A stretch of 64,000 bases of DNA, taken from the NCBI GenBank assembly GCA_963799845.1, contig CAWCYI010000006.1, positions 1,248,001 to 1,312,000 on the forward strand, in the 5' to 3' direction. A program made the position numbers and the translations under genes. Of the stretch, positions 29,345 to 39,741 are shown in pieces. How positions within the stretch are numbered: position 1 is the first letter of the stretch; the number at the start of each line of letters is the position of its first letter. The notes under the pieces were generated by a model. The model made no database searches. It was not told the origin of the DNA and saw nothing but the letters and a program-made list of their open reading frames with translations. Source of the stretch: an uncultured Nitrososphaerota archaeon (GTDB lineage Archaea; Thermoproteota; Nitrososphaeria; Nitrososphaerales; CADDZS01).

Positions 29345-31969
29345 CTACTCGACAAAACCAGAGGGAGCCTTCTCAACCTTGACGAGGATACAGGCATCCA
29401 CCGCACAACCGACGTAGTCAAGACTGTCCTCGTCCAACGCGGCAAATGTGTTAAAGTCGATCCCCATCTTGAATTTATGCTGAGATGAAGCTATGACCTC
29501 CGGATGGACCCTTTCGGTAAGGTAAGCAATCCCTTTCTGTTTCCTTCCCTTCTTGTCGGAAACCATGACCGAGTCTCCGTCCTCTATTCCGAGCTTCGTG
29601 GCAGTCTCGGGGTGAATCAAAACGCTGTCCAGATGCTTCCTTGAGTTAATTAGTTGCATCGGAACTGGGTTGAATCTGCCCACCGCGTGGGCCATTATCG
29701 GAATTTTGTAATTTATCAGGAATAAATTGTATTCTTGATCTCTATTTGTATAAGAGGGGCATGGCTTCCACTCGGGGATTGCCAAATAATCAGAGGTATC
29801 CCACCAGTCGAGGTCTAGCTCTTGCAAAACTTCTTCCAACTGTTTTCGGGCAGTAATCATAAACTCGAAGTACAAATGCACCCTTCCTTCTCGAAAAGCT
29901 CCCTTGAACCTATCTTCGACCTTCGCATCTCGCAATATCAGCCCTCCTTCGTCGCTCATCAACCACTCAAGTCCTTTGTCAGGTCCGAGCCAGGTCTTGA
30001 GCCGTCTGTCTACGAGGTCTTGATAGGAATACTTGGCGTTGATATCCAGTTCGTATGAAGTATTCTTGAGCTTCCAATTCTGGTTAACAACATCGTACAC
30101 CTCGCTCAGGAACCTGGCTTTTTCAGCAATTGCAAGAAATATTTCTCCGTTGCTCACCATCTTGTCCCAAGGCGGTTCGAATGGAGGTCGCACTGCGGGT
30201 TTTGCAGCGTACCAATAACCCGGCTCGTTGACTCTGAGGAAAAGGCCTTCCCCTAGCTTTTCCAAGTGATGCAAATCAGGAAAAACGATGTCTGCCAGGC
30301 TATTCGCAGTCTCGTCTAGGTCGACATTAAGCGCCACGATGAAAGGAATCTTGCTCAAACCTCTCACTACTTCAGTAGGTGAATATGTATTCTTGACTGG
30401 GTTATCTCTGAATATGAACATGATTTCCGGCCAAACGAAATCATTGAGATCAATTCCAAATTTTGTCGGGTCATTTAGGACAGCCGGAATCATTGGAGTA
30501 GAGTAAACAGCCACAGGGAATAGCTCGTATAGATCCATGCGCTTGGGTCTAGATGGCTTTCGCTGAGGGTATGGTGGGCCAAACCAGGGTTCAGATACCA
30601 TCATTCCGTCGGCGCTAACTCTCTCCGGAGCCCGAGGATGACCGTGTATGGATCCTGGTACTTGGATGGCGCCTAGAATGGTGGGAATCATCATCATTGC
30701 AAGCCCTGACAGGAAGGAGTGTCGATGCGCGCTCAATCCTCTGTACCAGACCACCGACACAGGACGGTACGGGAGCTCTTTTCCGTCTATAGTAATCGTT
30801 TGTCCGATGCAAGCGGCCTCTCCTAATTCCCTTGCGACACGCCTAATTGTTTCCACAGGGATAGTTGTAATGTTGCTCGCTCTTTCCGGTGTGTACTCAC
30901 GCACGTGTTCCTTTACTAGTTGAAACGATGGCTTGCACTTTTTCCCTGAGACGGAATAACAGCCCCCCAGAGCAACATCTTTTGCAGAGGAGTCATCAAA
31001 GGTCTTTGCCCTAGCCGCCATGGAATCCCAAACGAGAGGCTTTCCCGTGACCTCATCCCTCACATAGAGGCCGTCTTCGTCGACGAGGTAAGGTGAATTT
31101 GTTTTCTTCTTTAGGAAATCTGCATCATAAATATCGTACTCATTGACCAGCAAGTTGATGATGGCGAGAACGAAAGCCGCGTCTGTCCCTGGCCTGATTG
31201 GCACCCATTCTTCTGCCTTCGAAGCAGCATATCCCGCCATAGGATCTACCGATACTACCTTGATTCCCCCCGGCCTCATCTCCGCAAAATGCCTGGCCAC
31301 GTTCATTGTGTCATAATGTATTATGGAGCCGGCCTGGGCGCCGATCAATAAGACATAGTTTGAATATTCAGAATCAACGGTTATCTCGAAAGTTGAGGTG
31401 TTCAGGTACGAGGGTGGGTGTACCGCGTTCCCACAAAAGCACGAGGCACTTAGAGAGCAAACGTATGCGTCAAGAGACTGCAACCACGCGAGATGTATAC
31501 CTCCGTAGAGTGTCCAATGATCAAAAGTATCGAACAAGATTCGTTGGGACCAAGGGTTTAACTTTGTGAGCCTCTCGGACGGTTGAGAGGAGAGTTTGTG
31601 ACCTAATTCCATTTCTGCTCTGTCTTTTACTTTCTTCAACCTTTGGGCGACTATGTCTATGGCTTCGTCCCACGAAATTTCTTTCCATTTTGGATCTACT
31701 CCAATGCCTTTTTCTGGATTTGTCCTAATCAACGGGGCCTTTACGCGCTTTGGCGAATATGCATTGATGAAACCAGAAAGTCCTTTTGCGCACAAATGTC
31801 CATGGTTCCGAGGATTGTCTGGGTCGCCTTCAAGCTTTACTACCTCGCCATCCTGTACGTAAGCAAAAAGCCCACAAAAATTCTGGCATAGACTGCATGC
31901 TGTGCGAACCTTGCCATTTTTCTTCATTGATTGATCTACGATGTCATTGGAGTTTCCCGACAGCTGCAT
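29345..31969 (-). CDS. Molybdopterin (bis-MGD) oxidoreductase catalytic subunit, DMSO reductase family, no Tat signal
   Basis: CSLCQNFC...LCAKG Fe-S motif, ISWDEAI, PIRPGTDAA, IHPETA..LGIEDGD; no twin-arginine leader. Confidence 0.9.
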   Translation of the reverse strand: MQLSGNSNDIVDQSMKKNGKVRTACSLCQNFCGLFAYVQDGEVVKLEGDPDNPRNHGHLCAKGLSGFINAYSPKRVKAPLIRTNPEKGIGVDPKWKEISWDEAIDIVAQRLKKVKDRAEMELGHKLSSQPSERLTKLNPWSQRILFDTFDHWTLYGGIHLAWLQSLDAYVCSLSASCFCGNAVHPPSYLNTSTFEITVDSEYSNYVLLIGAQAGSIIHYDTMNVARHFAEMRPGGIKVVSVDPMAGYAASKAEEWVPIRPGTDAAFVLAIINLLVNEYDIYDADFLKKKTNSPYLVDEDGLYVRDEVTGKPLVWDSMAARAKTFDDSSAKDVALGGCYSVSGKKCKPSFQLVKEHVREYTPERASNITTIPVETIRRVARELGEAACIGQTITIDGKELPYRPVSVVWYRGLSAHRHSFLSGLAMMMIPTILGAIQVPGSIHGHPRAPERVSADGMMVSEPWFGPPYPQRKPSRPKRMDLYELFPVAVYSTPMIPAVLNDPTKFGIDLNDFVWPEIMFIFRDNPVKNTYSPTEVVRGLSKIPFIVALNVDLDETANSLADIVFPDLHHLEKLGEGLFLRVNEPGYWYAAKPAVRPPFEPPWDKMVSNGEIFLAIAEKARFLSEVYDVVNQNWKLKNTSYELDINAKYSYQDLVDRRLKTWLGPDKGLEWLMSDEGGLILRDAKVEDRFKGAFREGRVHLYFEFMITARKQLEEVLQELDLDWWDTSDYLAIPEWKPCPSYTNRDQEYNLFLINYKIPIMAHAVGRFNPVPMQLINSRKHLDSVLIHPETATKLGIEDGDSVMVSDKKGRKQKGIAYLTERVHPEVIASSQHKFKMGIDFNTFAALDEDSLDYVGCAVDACILVKVEKAPSGFVE

Positions 31970-32380
31970 CTGTTCTCATCTCCCCGAGCCTGACCCATTT
32001 ATCGCTTGTGCGTCGATCCCCATTGCCAAGAACTTCATGGAAGAGCCATATCTGGACTCCCGGGTTATTTGAAGAAGAACATCGATTCAAAGACAGAGTG
32101 GCATAGACAGACTTCTATTCATGTCGCTCACATTAAAGACGAAAGGGAACTTGCCTATAATCTCATTCGATATATGTTGGGCTGGGCAGGATACTTCAAA
32201 TCACTCGTTCGCATCTGAAATATACAATGTATTTCGTTGGTAGAATAGAAGTTCAGGAAATTGATGTGGTACCGGATTAATACAAACCAAGATAATAAAA
32301 CAAGAATTACATTACACTTCGCCAAAATTGCTTTTATACAATCACCGAGAGAAAGTTGTTCCCACTTGTCAGGGCAGATA

Positions 32381-34804
32381 GTGTTCGAGAAAGAAAAAGA
32401 TGAATCTTTCATTGGGTCTTATGTTCGTAGAGTAGAAGATCTAACCTTGATCACTGGTCAGGGCAGATATGTTGACGACATTCGATTGCCTGGCTGCCTA
32501 TTCGTTGCAATTGTTAGAAGCACATATCCACATGCAAGAATTATTTCGATTGATTCATCCAAGGCACTTGAAAGCTCTGGGGTCGTTGGGGTATTTACTG
32601 GAGAGGATGTAAGGAAGGAAACAAATCCTGTTTATGACATAGAACCGATTCCCTTTCTCAAGTCCGCCGACGTTTATCCGTTGGCCGTTGGAAAAGTTCG
32701 CTATGTTGGTGAACCCGTGGCAGCAGTAGTCGCTACCAGCTTAGATAAAGCTAAGGATGCCGTCGAGGAAGTTTCAGTCGAGTACGAACCCCTTTCGGTA
32801 GTGATCGATGCCGAGGCTGCCCTAAACTCCAAAGCAGCTCTTGTATACGAAGACTGGGGAAACAACCTCATGCTCCACTATAGATTCTCCGCTGGTAATA
32901 TTGAAGAGGCATTTGACAAAGCCGACGTGGTGATAGACGAAAGGATCTCAATTCACAGGCATTCACCGATGCCAATTGAGACGAATTGTTACCTCGCAAA
33001 CTATGACTCTACAGGGCTCACTCTTTGGGCGACGACCCAACAGCCACATGTATTGAGAACGGTCATAGCAGAGACCTTGGGCCTGCCAGAAGGCAAAGTC
33101 AGAGTAATCCAGCCTGACGTAGGTGGCGGATTTGGTGAAAAATGCCCGACGCATCATGAAGAAATTCTCGTCTGTTATCTCTCTGAGCTTTTGAGACGGC
33201 CGATTAGGTACTCCGAAGATAGGAAAGAACACCTAACCGCATCACATCAAGCTAGAGAGCAAGTTCATTATGTTCGAGTCGCGGCTAACAAAGATGGAGA
33301 GATATTAGCAGTAAAGGACAGGATCGTTGGGAACATGGGAACATACTTCCCAAATCCCGGTCCAACCTCGTTCATGACGACCGCGAGATTCATTCCCGGT
33401 TGCTACAAAATCAGAAATTACGCCGTCGAAGTGCTTGGGGCTGCCACAAATAAACCGGCGTATGGATCCTACAGGGGATTCGGCAAGGACTCTGCAAATT
33501 TCGTGATAGAGAGAATAATCGAGATTCTTTCGGAAAAAATAGGAATGGATTCAGTGCAACTTCGCTTGAAGAATCTTATTCGCAATGAAGATTTTCCATT
33601 TAGATCTGTCACGGGAGCCCTCTATGACAAAGTCGACTATTCAAAGAACTTGGAAAAAGCACTGACAATGTCAAATTATGATTCTCTGAGAATGAGGCAG
33701 GCAGAAAGCAAGTCTTCCGAGAACAAGCGAATCGGAATCGGTCTCGCCGTCGTGATTGAACCTTCTTCCCCACACCACCCGGGTACATTAGCGATGGGGT
33801 TTGAAGGCTCGCGAGTAAGGTTAGAACCTTCAGGAAAAGTCAGCGTGTATACAGGTATCACATCTTCAGGAACAGGTACTAGAACTTCTTTCACTCAAAT
33901 TGCAGCTGATGAACTATCCGTCAAAATTGAGGATGTGACGGTTGTCCAAGGAGATACTTCGGAGACTCCGTACGGTTACGGAATGTGGGGATCAAGGTCA
34001 ATAGTCGCAGGGGGAAATTCCGTATTGCTTTCGTGCAGAAAGCTCCGAAATAGAATTCTTTCACTGGCTGCATATTCACTTAATGAGGAAGAGAGGAATC
34101 TGGGCATTTCGGACGGTGTTATATCAAGCGCTCGTAACAGAGAACTTCATATATCATTTAGCGAAATAGCAGCGGCGTTTTACCGGGCAACAAGACCGAT
34201 TCCGTCAGATCTCCTAGAAGATGGGCTTGAAGTAACCTCGTATTATCTGCCGCCCGCAGTAGAAAGTTTGCCGAACAAGGATGGAGTAAGGAACGTATAC
34301 TCCGCTTATGGAAATTCAGTATGTATTTGCGTTGTTGAGACAGACTTTGAAACTGGCGTCATCAAGATAATAGATTACTTTACAGTTGTCGACGAAGGCC
34401 GGATCATAAATCCAGTGATCCTCGAAGGACAGGTCCATGGTGGTGCAGTGCAAGCTATAGGAGGAACGATTTTCGAAGAGAACGCCTATGACAATGAAGG
34501 CCAGCCTCTCGCCACAACATTTATGGATTATTTGATTCCCAGCGCTTGCGAATCTCCCAATATTATCGTATCACTTCAGGAAACCAGATCGCCCGCTACG
34601 CTGCTTGGGGCAAAGGGAGCAGGCGAAGGGCCGGTGGAAGGAGCTTACGCGGCGGTAACCAACGCGGTCGAGGATTCACTTAGGCCGTTCGGAGTACGAA
34701 TTCGCGAGCTTCCGCTTAAGCCAGAAAACATCTGGCGTCTACTGCGCGCTTGTGATCGTTTCGCGAAGCCAGATTCCAAATTAAGGACAGTAGTCGGCAA
34801 CTAA
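32381..34804 (+). CDS. Xanthine dehydrogenase / CoxL-like molybdopterin large subunit (not form I CODH)
   Basis: RVED...GRYVDD, DVGGGFGEK, active-site loop SYRGFG (not AYxCSFR), GAKGAGE. Start is probably GTG 32381. Confidence 0.9.
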   Translation: MFEKEKDESFIGSYVRRVEDLTLITGQGRYVDDIRLPGCLFVAIVRSTYPHARIISIDSSKALESSGVVGVFTGEDVRKETNPVYDIEPIPFLKSADVYPLAVGKVRYVGEPVAAVVATSLDKAKDAVEEVSVEYEPLSVVIDAEAALNSKAALVYEDWGNNLMLHYRFSAGNIEEAFDKADVVIDERISIHRHSPMPIETNCYLANYDSTGLTLWATTQQPHVLRTVIAETLGLPEGKVRVIQPDVGGGFGEKCPTHHEEILVCYLSELLRRPIRYSEDRKEHLTASHQAREQVHYVRVAANKDGEILAVKDRIVGNMGTYFPNPGPTSFMTTARFIPGCYKIRNYAVEVLGAATNKPAYGSYRGFGKDSANFVIERIIEILSEKIGMDSVQLRLKNLIRNEDFPFRSVTGALYDKVDYSKNLEKALTMSNYDSLRMRQAESKSSENKRIGIGLAVVIEPSSPHHPGTLAMGFEGSRVRLEPSGKVSVYTGITSSGTGTRTSFTQIAADELSVKIEDVTVVQGDTSETPYGYGMWGSRSIVAGGNSVLLSCRKLRNRILSLAAYSLNEEERNLGISDGVISSARNRELHISFSEIAAAFYRATRPIPSDLLEDGLEVTSYYLPPAVESLPNKDGVRNVYSAYGNSVCICVVETDFETGVIKIIDYFTVVDEGRIINPVILEGQVHGGAVQAIGGTIFEENAYDNEGQPLATTFMDYLIPSACESPNIIVSLQETRSPATLLGAKGAGEGPVEGAYAAVTNAVEDSLRPFGVRIRELPLKPENIWRLLRACDRFAKPDSKLRTVVGN

Positions 34805-34884
34805 ACCGTTTTCGCTATTTCTAGCAATATGAATATCAACAAAAAGAAAGAATCGATAGAAGGAGCAAAATTCCAGATCTCCTT

Positions 34885-36279
34885 CTATGCGCGCTTTGAG
34901 ATTACGGTGCTCTCGAAGATGTCAAGACCTTTGTCTATTAGGGATTGACTGATCGTAAGTGGTCCCATGAATCTAAAGACATTTCCGTAATGGCCGCAGG
35001 TATGCATCAAAAGCCCTCTGTGGCATAATTCTAGACGTGCTTGCTTTGCGAAATCAGTTGCTGGTGATTTGCTCCTGAGGTCATCAACAACTTCTATTCC
35101 GATCATGAAGCCCGAACCCCTGACTTCTCCTATGTTGCGAGCTTGGCTAGCATCTTCTCGCAACCGATTCATCATCTGTCTTCCCAAGCTCATCGCTCTC
35201 TGTGGAAGCTCGCACTTTTGCAGAATATTCAGAACTGCGGTGCCAGCAGCGAGGCCAAGCACATTGCCCCTGTAGGTCCCAAGGTGAAATCCCGCGGGTA
35301 ATTTTTCGTCGTATTCAGATCTGTAGGCAATCATAGATACAGGTATTCCGCCACCTATGGTCTTTGAAATTAGAATTATGTCAGGAGTTGTGTCCGTAAG
35401 CTCGCACCCCCACATTTTTCCAGATCGACCCAACCCACATTGTATTTCATCGGCGATCAAGGGAACATCGTATTTCGTTGCAATCTCTCTCAAGCCCGGA
35501 AGGAAATTCTTGGGAGGGACGATGTACCCACCCTCTCCCTGAATAGGCTCAACTAATATCCCAGCGAGGCTGTTCAAGCCCGAATGTTGATCTCTAATCG
35601 AGTGCTCCAGGTAATCTAAAATGAATTGGGCGTACTCTTCTGGACCCTTATCTACGATAGGTCTATAGCTGTATGGATAGGGAAATCTGTGTACGCCATA
35701 ATCTGGAACTGCGGCGTAATCCTTGTAGTGACCCGTTGAGGTCATACTTACTATGCCCTGCGCAACTCCATGATAGGCTCCCTCAAAGCAAACAATAGTT
35801 CTCTTGCCGGTCAACCATCTTGCCATGCTGATCGCAGCTTCTGCAGCATCACCTCCGGAAACCGTGAACAGCACCTTCGAGTGATACTTCAAGTCGCCCG
35901 GCAAAACGCCACTTAGGGCCTCCAAGAAATCGATACGAGTTTGAGTCGGCAATTCCAAACTATGCCATATCTTGTCCTCCTGCGCCCTAACTGCCTTCGT
36001 TATCTCTGGATTTCGATGACCGAGATTAAGAACCGAGACTCCAGAAACCCAATCGATGTAACAATTCCCGTCGACATCTTTGACTGTAGAACCCTTGCCA
36101 GTGTCGACGGCTATGGGCCAGTAATTTGGATAGACGACGGCTCTTGTTTCATACCTCCTCTGGGAATCGAGGAGCGCCTTTGACTTTGGCCCAGGAGGAG
36201 CGACCACTATTTTTGGGGCATCGAAATTTTCGTATTCCAACTCTGAATCGGCGATTTGCATTGTTTTCAGACCCTTCAT
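34885..36279 (-). CDS. Class-III PLP aminotransferase (4-aminobutyrate / beta-alanine type)
   Basis: DVDGN.YID, NLGH, EPIQGEGG, IADEIQCGLGRSG, SKTIGGG, GTYRGN. Confidence 0.9.
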   Translation of the reverse strand: MKGLKTMQIADSELEYENFDAPKIVVAPPGPKSKALLDSQRRYETRAVVYPNYWPIAVDTGKGSTVKDVDGNCYIDWVSGVSVLNLGHRNPEITKAVRAQEDKIWHSLELPTQTRIDFLEALSGVLPGDLKYHSKVLFTVSGGDAAEAAISMARWLTGKRTIVCFEGAYHGVAQGIVSMTSTGHYKDYAAVPDYGVHRFPYPYSYRPIVDKGPEEYAQFILDYLEHSIRDQHSGLNSLAGILVEPIQGEGGYIVPPKNFLPGLREIATKYDVPLIADEIQCGLGRSGKMWGCELTDTTPDIILISKTIGGGIPVSMIAYRSEYDEKLPAGFHLGTYRGNVLGLAAGTAVLNILQKCELPQRAMSLGRQMMNRLREDASQARNIGEVRGSGFMIGIEVVDDLRSKSPATDFAKQARLELCHRGLLMHTCGHYGNVFRFMGPLTISQSLIDKGLDIFESTVISKRA

Positions 36280-36282
36280 TTA

Positions 36283-37722
36283 TCAATCGGCGAGGTTAAT
36301 ACTTGTTACTTTTGGCTCCGTCATCTCCAGCATACTATCTCGCACGCCTTCGCGACCAAATCCTGAGTTCTTGACTCCTCCAAACGGAAGTGCATCCCAC
36401 CGCAATCGGGTAGAGTCATTTATCATGACCGCACCAGCTCTTATCTCTCGCGACATCTGAATCGCTTTCTTTGTGTCTCCCGTAAAGATAGCGCTTTGCA
36501 ATCCATACGGCGAGCTGTTTGCAATCTTAATCGCTTCATCCACTGAATCAAACACAGTTATTGGAGCAACTGGCGCAAATACTTCTTCGGTTAGAACCAT
36601 TGCGTCTTTTGGCACGTCCGCTAGGACTGTCGGAGTGAAGAAATAACCTTTGTCAAAGGCTCTTTTGCCTCCATACAAGAGATTTGCTCCTTTCTGTATT
36701 GCATCGCGCGTAACACTTTCTGCGAATTCGACACTTTCCTCGTTTATGACTGGACCAATATCTGTAGCCTCATCCATTGGATCGCCTAATTTGAGTTGTT
36801 TTGTGTTCTCGACAAACATTTGAGAAAACTTCGAAACGATGGACGAATGAACGAGAAGACGTTTAGTCGAGTTACAGTTTTGTCCTGCATAGTCAAACCT
36901 GCCCCTCACTACAGTCTTCACGACTTTAGAAAGATCCGCGTCGGACATCACTATTGCAGCATCCGAACCTCCCAATTCCATGATAGTCCGCTTCGCTTTC
37001 GCGGCCGCTCTTGATGCTATCTTCAGTCCCACGCTTGTCGATCCGGTAAAAGTAATCAGTCCAATCGAAGAATGATCTGTTAGATAGTCACCTATCTCCC
37101 GACTATAACCGGTAACCACTGACACGCTTCCGTCTGGTGCTCCTGCTTTCTTCATGAGCTCTCCGAGCTTGATTGCAGATAACGGTGCGGATTGACTAGG
37201 CTTCACAATCACAGCATTCCCAGTGACAAATGCTGGACCAACCTTATGCGCAAATGAATTAGAAGGAAAATTAAATGGAGTAATAGCAAGTATGAGTCCT
37301 ATGGGTTCCCTCGTAGTCATCACCATCCTGTCTTCGTTTCCCAGAGGGTATTCGTAAGCGTCTACCCTGTGCACTCTACCTTCTAAGATGTTTTTGCTTT
37401 CTTCGGCACAGAAAGTGATTACGTGAATAGCTCGCAAGACTTCTACACGTGAATCCTTTATGGGCTTCCCTGTTTCCATTGCTAATGTTCTCGCAAGATC
37501 TTCCTGGTTCTGCAGCATAAGTTCTGCTGTCTTCTTTAGGACTGATGCTCTCTTGGCGAGTGTTGTCTTTCTCAGCTGAGCGGACCCAACGACAGCCGCC
37601 TCAATAACCGATCCTAATGAATCCGTGGTCATACGTGGAACTGTAGCAAATGAAGTCCCTGTTGCCGGATTCACAACTGGGATGTTCGTCTTTGGGTCAG
37701 ATACTTGTTGAGAAGTTTGCAT
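36283..37722 (-). CDS. Aldehyde dehydrogenase (succinate-semialdehyde / lactaldehyde type)
   Basis: ITPFNFP, FTGS, MELGGSD, GQNCNS, EEVFAP, PFGGVKNSGFGREG. Confidence 0.92.
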   Translation of the reverse strand: MQTSQQVSDPKTNIPVVNPATGTSFATVPRMTTDSLGSVIEAAVVGSAQLRKTTLAKRASVLKKTAELMLQNQEDLARTLAMETGKPIKDSRVEVLRAIHVITFCAEESKNILEGRVHRVDAYEYPLGNEDRMVMTTREPIGLILAITPFNFPSNSFAHKVGPAFVTGNAVIVKPSQSAPLSAIKLGELMKKAGAPDGSVSVVTGYSREIGDYLTDHSSIGLITFTGSTSVGLKIASRAAAKAKRTIMELGGSDAAIVMSDADLSKVVKTVVRGRFDYAGQNCNSTKRLLVHSSIVSKFSQMFVENTKQLKLGDPMDEATDIGPVINEESVEFAESVTRDAIQKGANLLYGGKRAFDKGYFFTPTVLADVPKDAMVLTEEVFAPVAPITVFDSVDEAIKIANSSPYGLQSAIFTGDTKKAIQMSREIRAGAVMINDSTRLRWDALPFGGVKNSGFGREGVRDSMLEMTEPKVTSINLAD

Positions 37723-37880
37723 CTTATCATCTGTCCAACTGATAAGCTGCTAGAAATACATTATCAGACAGAAATTACTGAACGCAGTGGTTCAGCGTGG
37801 CTTTCTCACGTGTCTAAAAAGTGACCGTATGTCGTTCGCGATGATATCGTCAACGAATTTGTGATGCAAAAATAAGAGAC

Positions 37881-38690
37881 TTACACGTCCCAACCGCCAT
37901 CAACGACAATATCGTGCCCACTGATCTGGCGCCCCCCGTCCGAGACGAGAAACAGAGCAGCGCGAGCTATGTCTTCAGCTAGTGTGAATCTTCCAAGAGC
38001 CATTTCCGAAACATACTTATCGTAAACGTCTTGCTCTGAACAATTCCATGCTTTTGCCTTTTTAGCAATGATGTTCGACATCCTCTTTCCCTCGACGACG
38101 CCGGGGCAGATTGCATTTACATTAATGTTGTATTTGCCAACTTCTAGGGCGAGAGTCCGCGTCATTCCTCTGACAGCCCACTTCGACGAGGAATAGGCAG
38201 CTCGATTAACGTAACCCCTGAGGCCAGATGTCCCTGCTATATTGACAATTTTTCCATGTTTTTGCTTAATCATGATTGGCACGATTGCTTTGCAGACAAG
38301 AAATGTTCCTTTAACGTTCGAACCAATTACGTAATCCCAATCCTCTTCACTTATTTCGTGCAGTGGGGTCTCAACTGGTCCTGTCACGCCTGCTGCATTT
38401 ACGAGAATGTCGATTGCACTGTACTTGGAGAGAACATTGTTGACCGATTCTTGTATCGACTTCTGGTTTGTAACGTCCGCGAATGTGGTAATGGCATTTG
38501 CCCCGGTCTCCCTGAGTTTTGCTTGGACTTCCCGCATCTTTGCTTCGTTTCTAGCAGCAATAGCCACATTGGCCCCGCACTGACCAAAGGCGTCGCAAAT
38601 CGCAGCTCCAATGTCAGAATCCGCGCCTGTGACATAAGCCGTTTGTCCTTTCAGGCTCACTTGACCATATTTCGTGGTCTGCTCGAGCAT
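37881..38690 (-). CDS. Short-chain dehydrogenase/reductase
   Basis: VTGADSDIG, LVNAAG, YSSSK, NAICPG, VDGG. Confidence 0.9.
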   Translation of the reverse strand: MLEQTTKYGQVSLKGQTAYVTGADSDIGAAICDAFGQCGANVAIAARNEAKMREVQAKLRETGANAITTFADVTNQKSIQESVNNVLSKYSAIDILVNAAGVTGPVETPLHEISEEDWDYVIGSNVKGTFLVCKAIVPIMIKQKHGKIVNIAGTSGLRGYVNRAAYSSSKWAVRGMTRTLALEVGKYNINVNAICPGVVEGKRMSNIIAKKAKAWNCSEQDVYDKYVSEMALGRFTLAEDIARAALFLVSDGGRQISGHDIVVDGGWDV

Positions 38691-38721
38691 TGCTTCTTCA
38701 CTTCAATTTGAAAGAGTAGTT

Positions 38722-39618
38722 CTAATTAATCCCCAGGATTTTTGCTGGATTCTCGCTTAGCATTCTGACCAAATCCTTGTCATTCAAGTCTTCGTCCAGC
38801 AAGGAAGCACAAAGCATTCTTAAACCCTCAGGATGAGGCGGACCAGAATATTGCCCCAAGTCCGATGATAAGATGAGCTTGTCACTTCCAATCGACTTGA
38901 TCCATCCAGCCAGCTCCTTCGGAGTCTGCTCATAGAAGATTGGAGAAACACACGAGACTGCAACGTATTCGAGATATGCGCCCTTATCGATGTAAAATTT
39001 CTGCTTCTCGAGTGGGAGCTTGCAAAGTGCCCAATTCGCATGAGTCACGATCATGCGCTTTACTCCCTTCTTCACTGCCGCGTCTAGCAACTTATCGATC
39101 TCGGGTTGGCTAAGATGACCCGTTGCAAGACACACATCATTTTCCGCAATTATCTCCAGAGTCTGCAAGGCTTCTGGCAAAAGCTCGCCGGAGTCATCCA
39201 AGACAGTGACCCCGTTGCCTTTTAGCTGCTTTTTAGGCCTGCCCAGCTGGGGATAGTCTGAGATTCCAAAATATTCAGCGTGATGCTTCGAGTGGTTGCT
39301 AGGCATCCAAATTACTTTGGCACCATAGTGAATAGCTGACTGCACCACATATGGGTTTATGCCGCCGACCGATCGGTTTAGTACAACCCCTCCAAATACA
39401 GCCAAGTCGGGATAGTTTTTCTTAACATAGTAAGCTCTTCCACATGTCATCATATCATGATCTTTCAGCACAAAGCCTCGCATTCCGTATTCCTTTGCAT
39501 ATTTTGCAAGCTCCATATCATCAATTGGTCTCCGAAAGAGAGCGGGAGCTGTATGGGCGTGCATATCAATTCCATTTTGCAAAACTTCGTAATCTTTTCG
39601 CATGCCATCCGCACCCAT
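38722..39618 (-). CDS. Amidohydrolase/PHP-like TIM-barrel protein (DUF6282 type)
   Basis: IDMHAHTAP, LKDH, VGGINP, ATGHLS, VTHA, LSSDLGQ. Confidence 0.75.
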   Translation of the reverse strand: MGADGMRKDYEVLQNGIDMHAHTAPALFRRPIDDMELAKYAKEYGMRGFVLKDHDMMTCGRAYYVKKNYPDLAVFGGVVLNRSVGGINPYVVQSAIHYGAKVIWMPSNHSKHHAEYFGISDYPQLGRPKKQLKGNGVTVLDDSGELLPEALQTLEIIAENDVCLATGHLSQPEIDKLLDAAVKKGVKRMIVTHANWALCKLPLEKQKFYIDKGAYLEYVAVSCVSPIFYEQTPKELAGWIKSIGSDKLILSSDLGQYSGPPHPEGLRMLCASLLDEDLNDKDLVRMLSENPAKILGIN

Positions 39619-39741
39619 CAGACCACATTAATAAGCAAAATGAATCTTGTGAGTGGTAGCCTGACTCATTACTCCAGTACAATTGAATCAAATTGCGCCA
39701 CACATATAAATCAAAATACAAGAATGCAAGACAGCGGAACA

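Noticed and set aside
32381-34804. Aerobic CO dehydrogenase (form I CoxL)
   Set aside because: The active-site loop is SYRGFG, not AYxCSFR.
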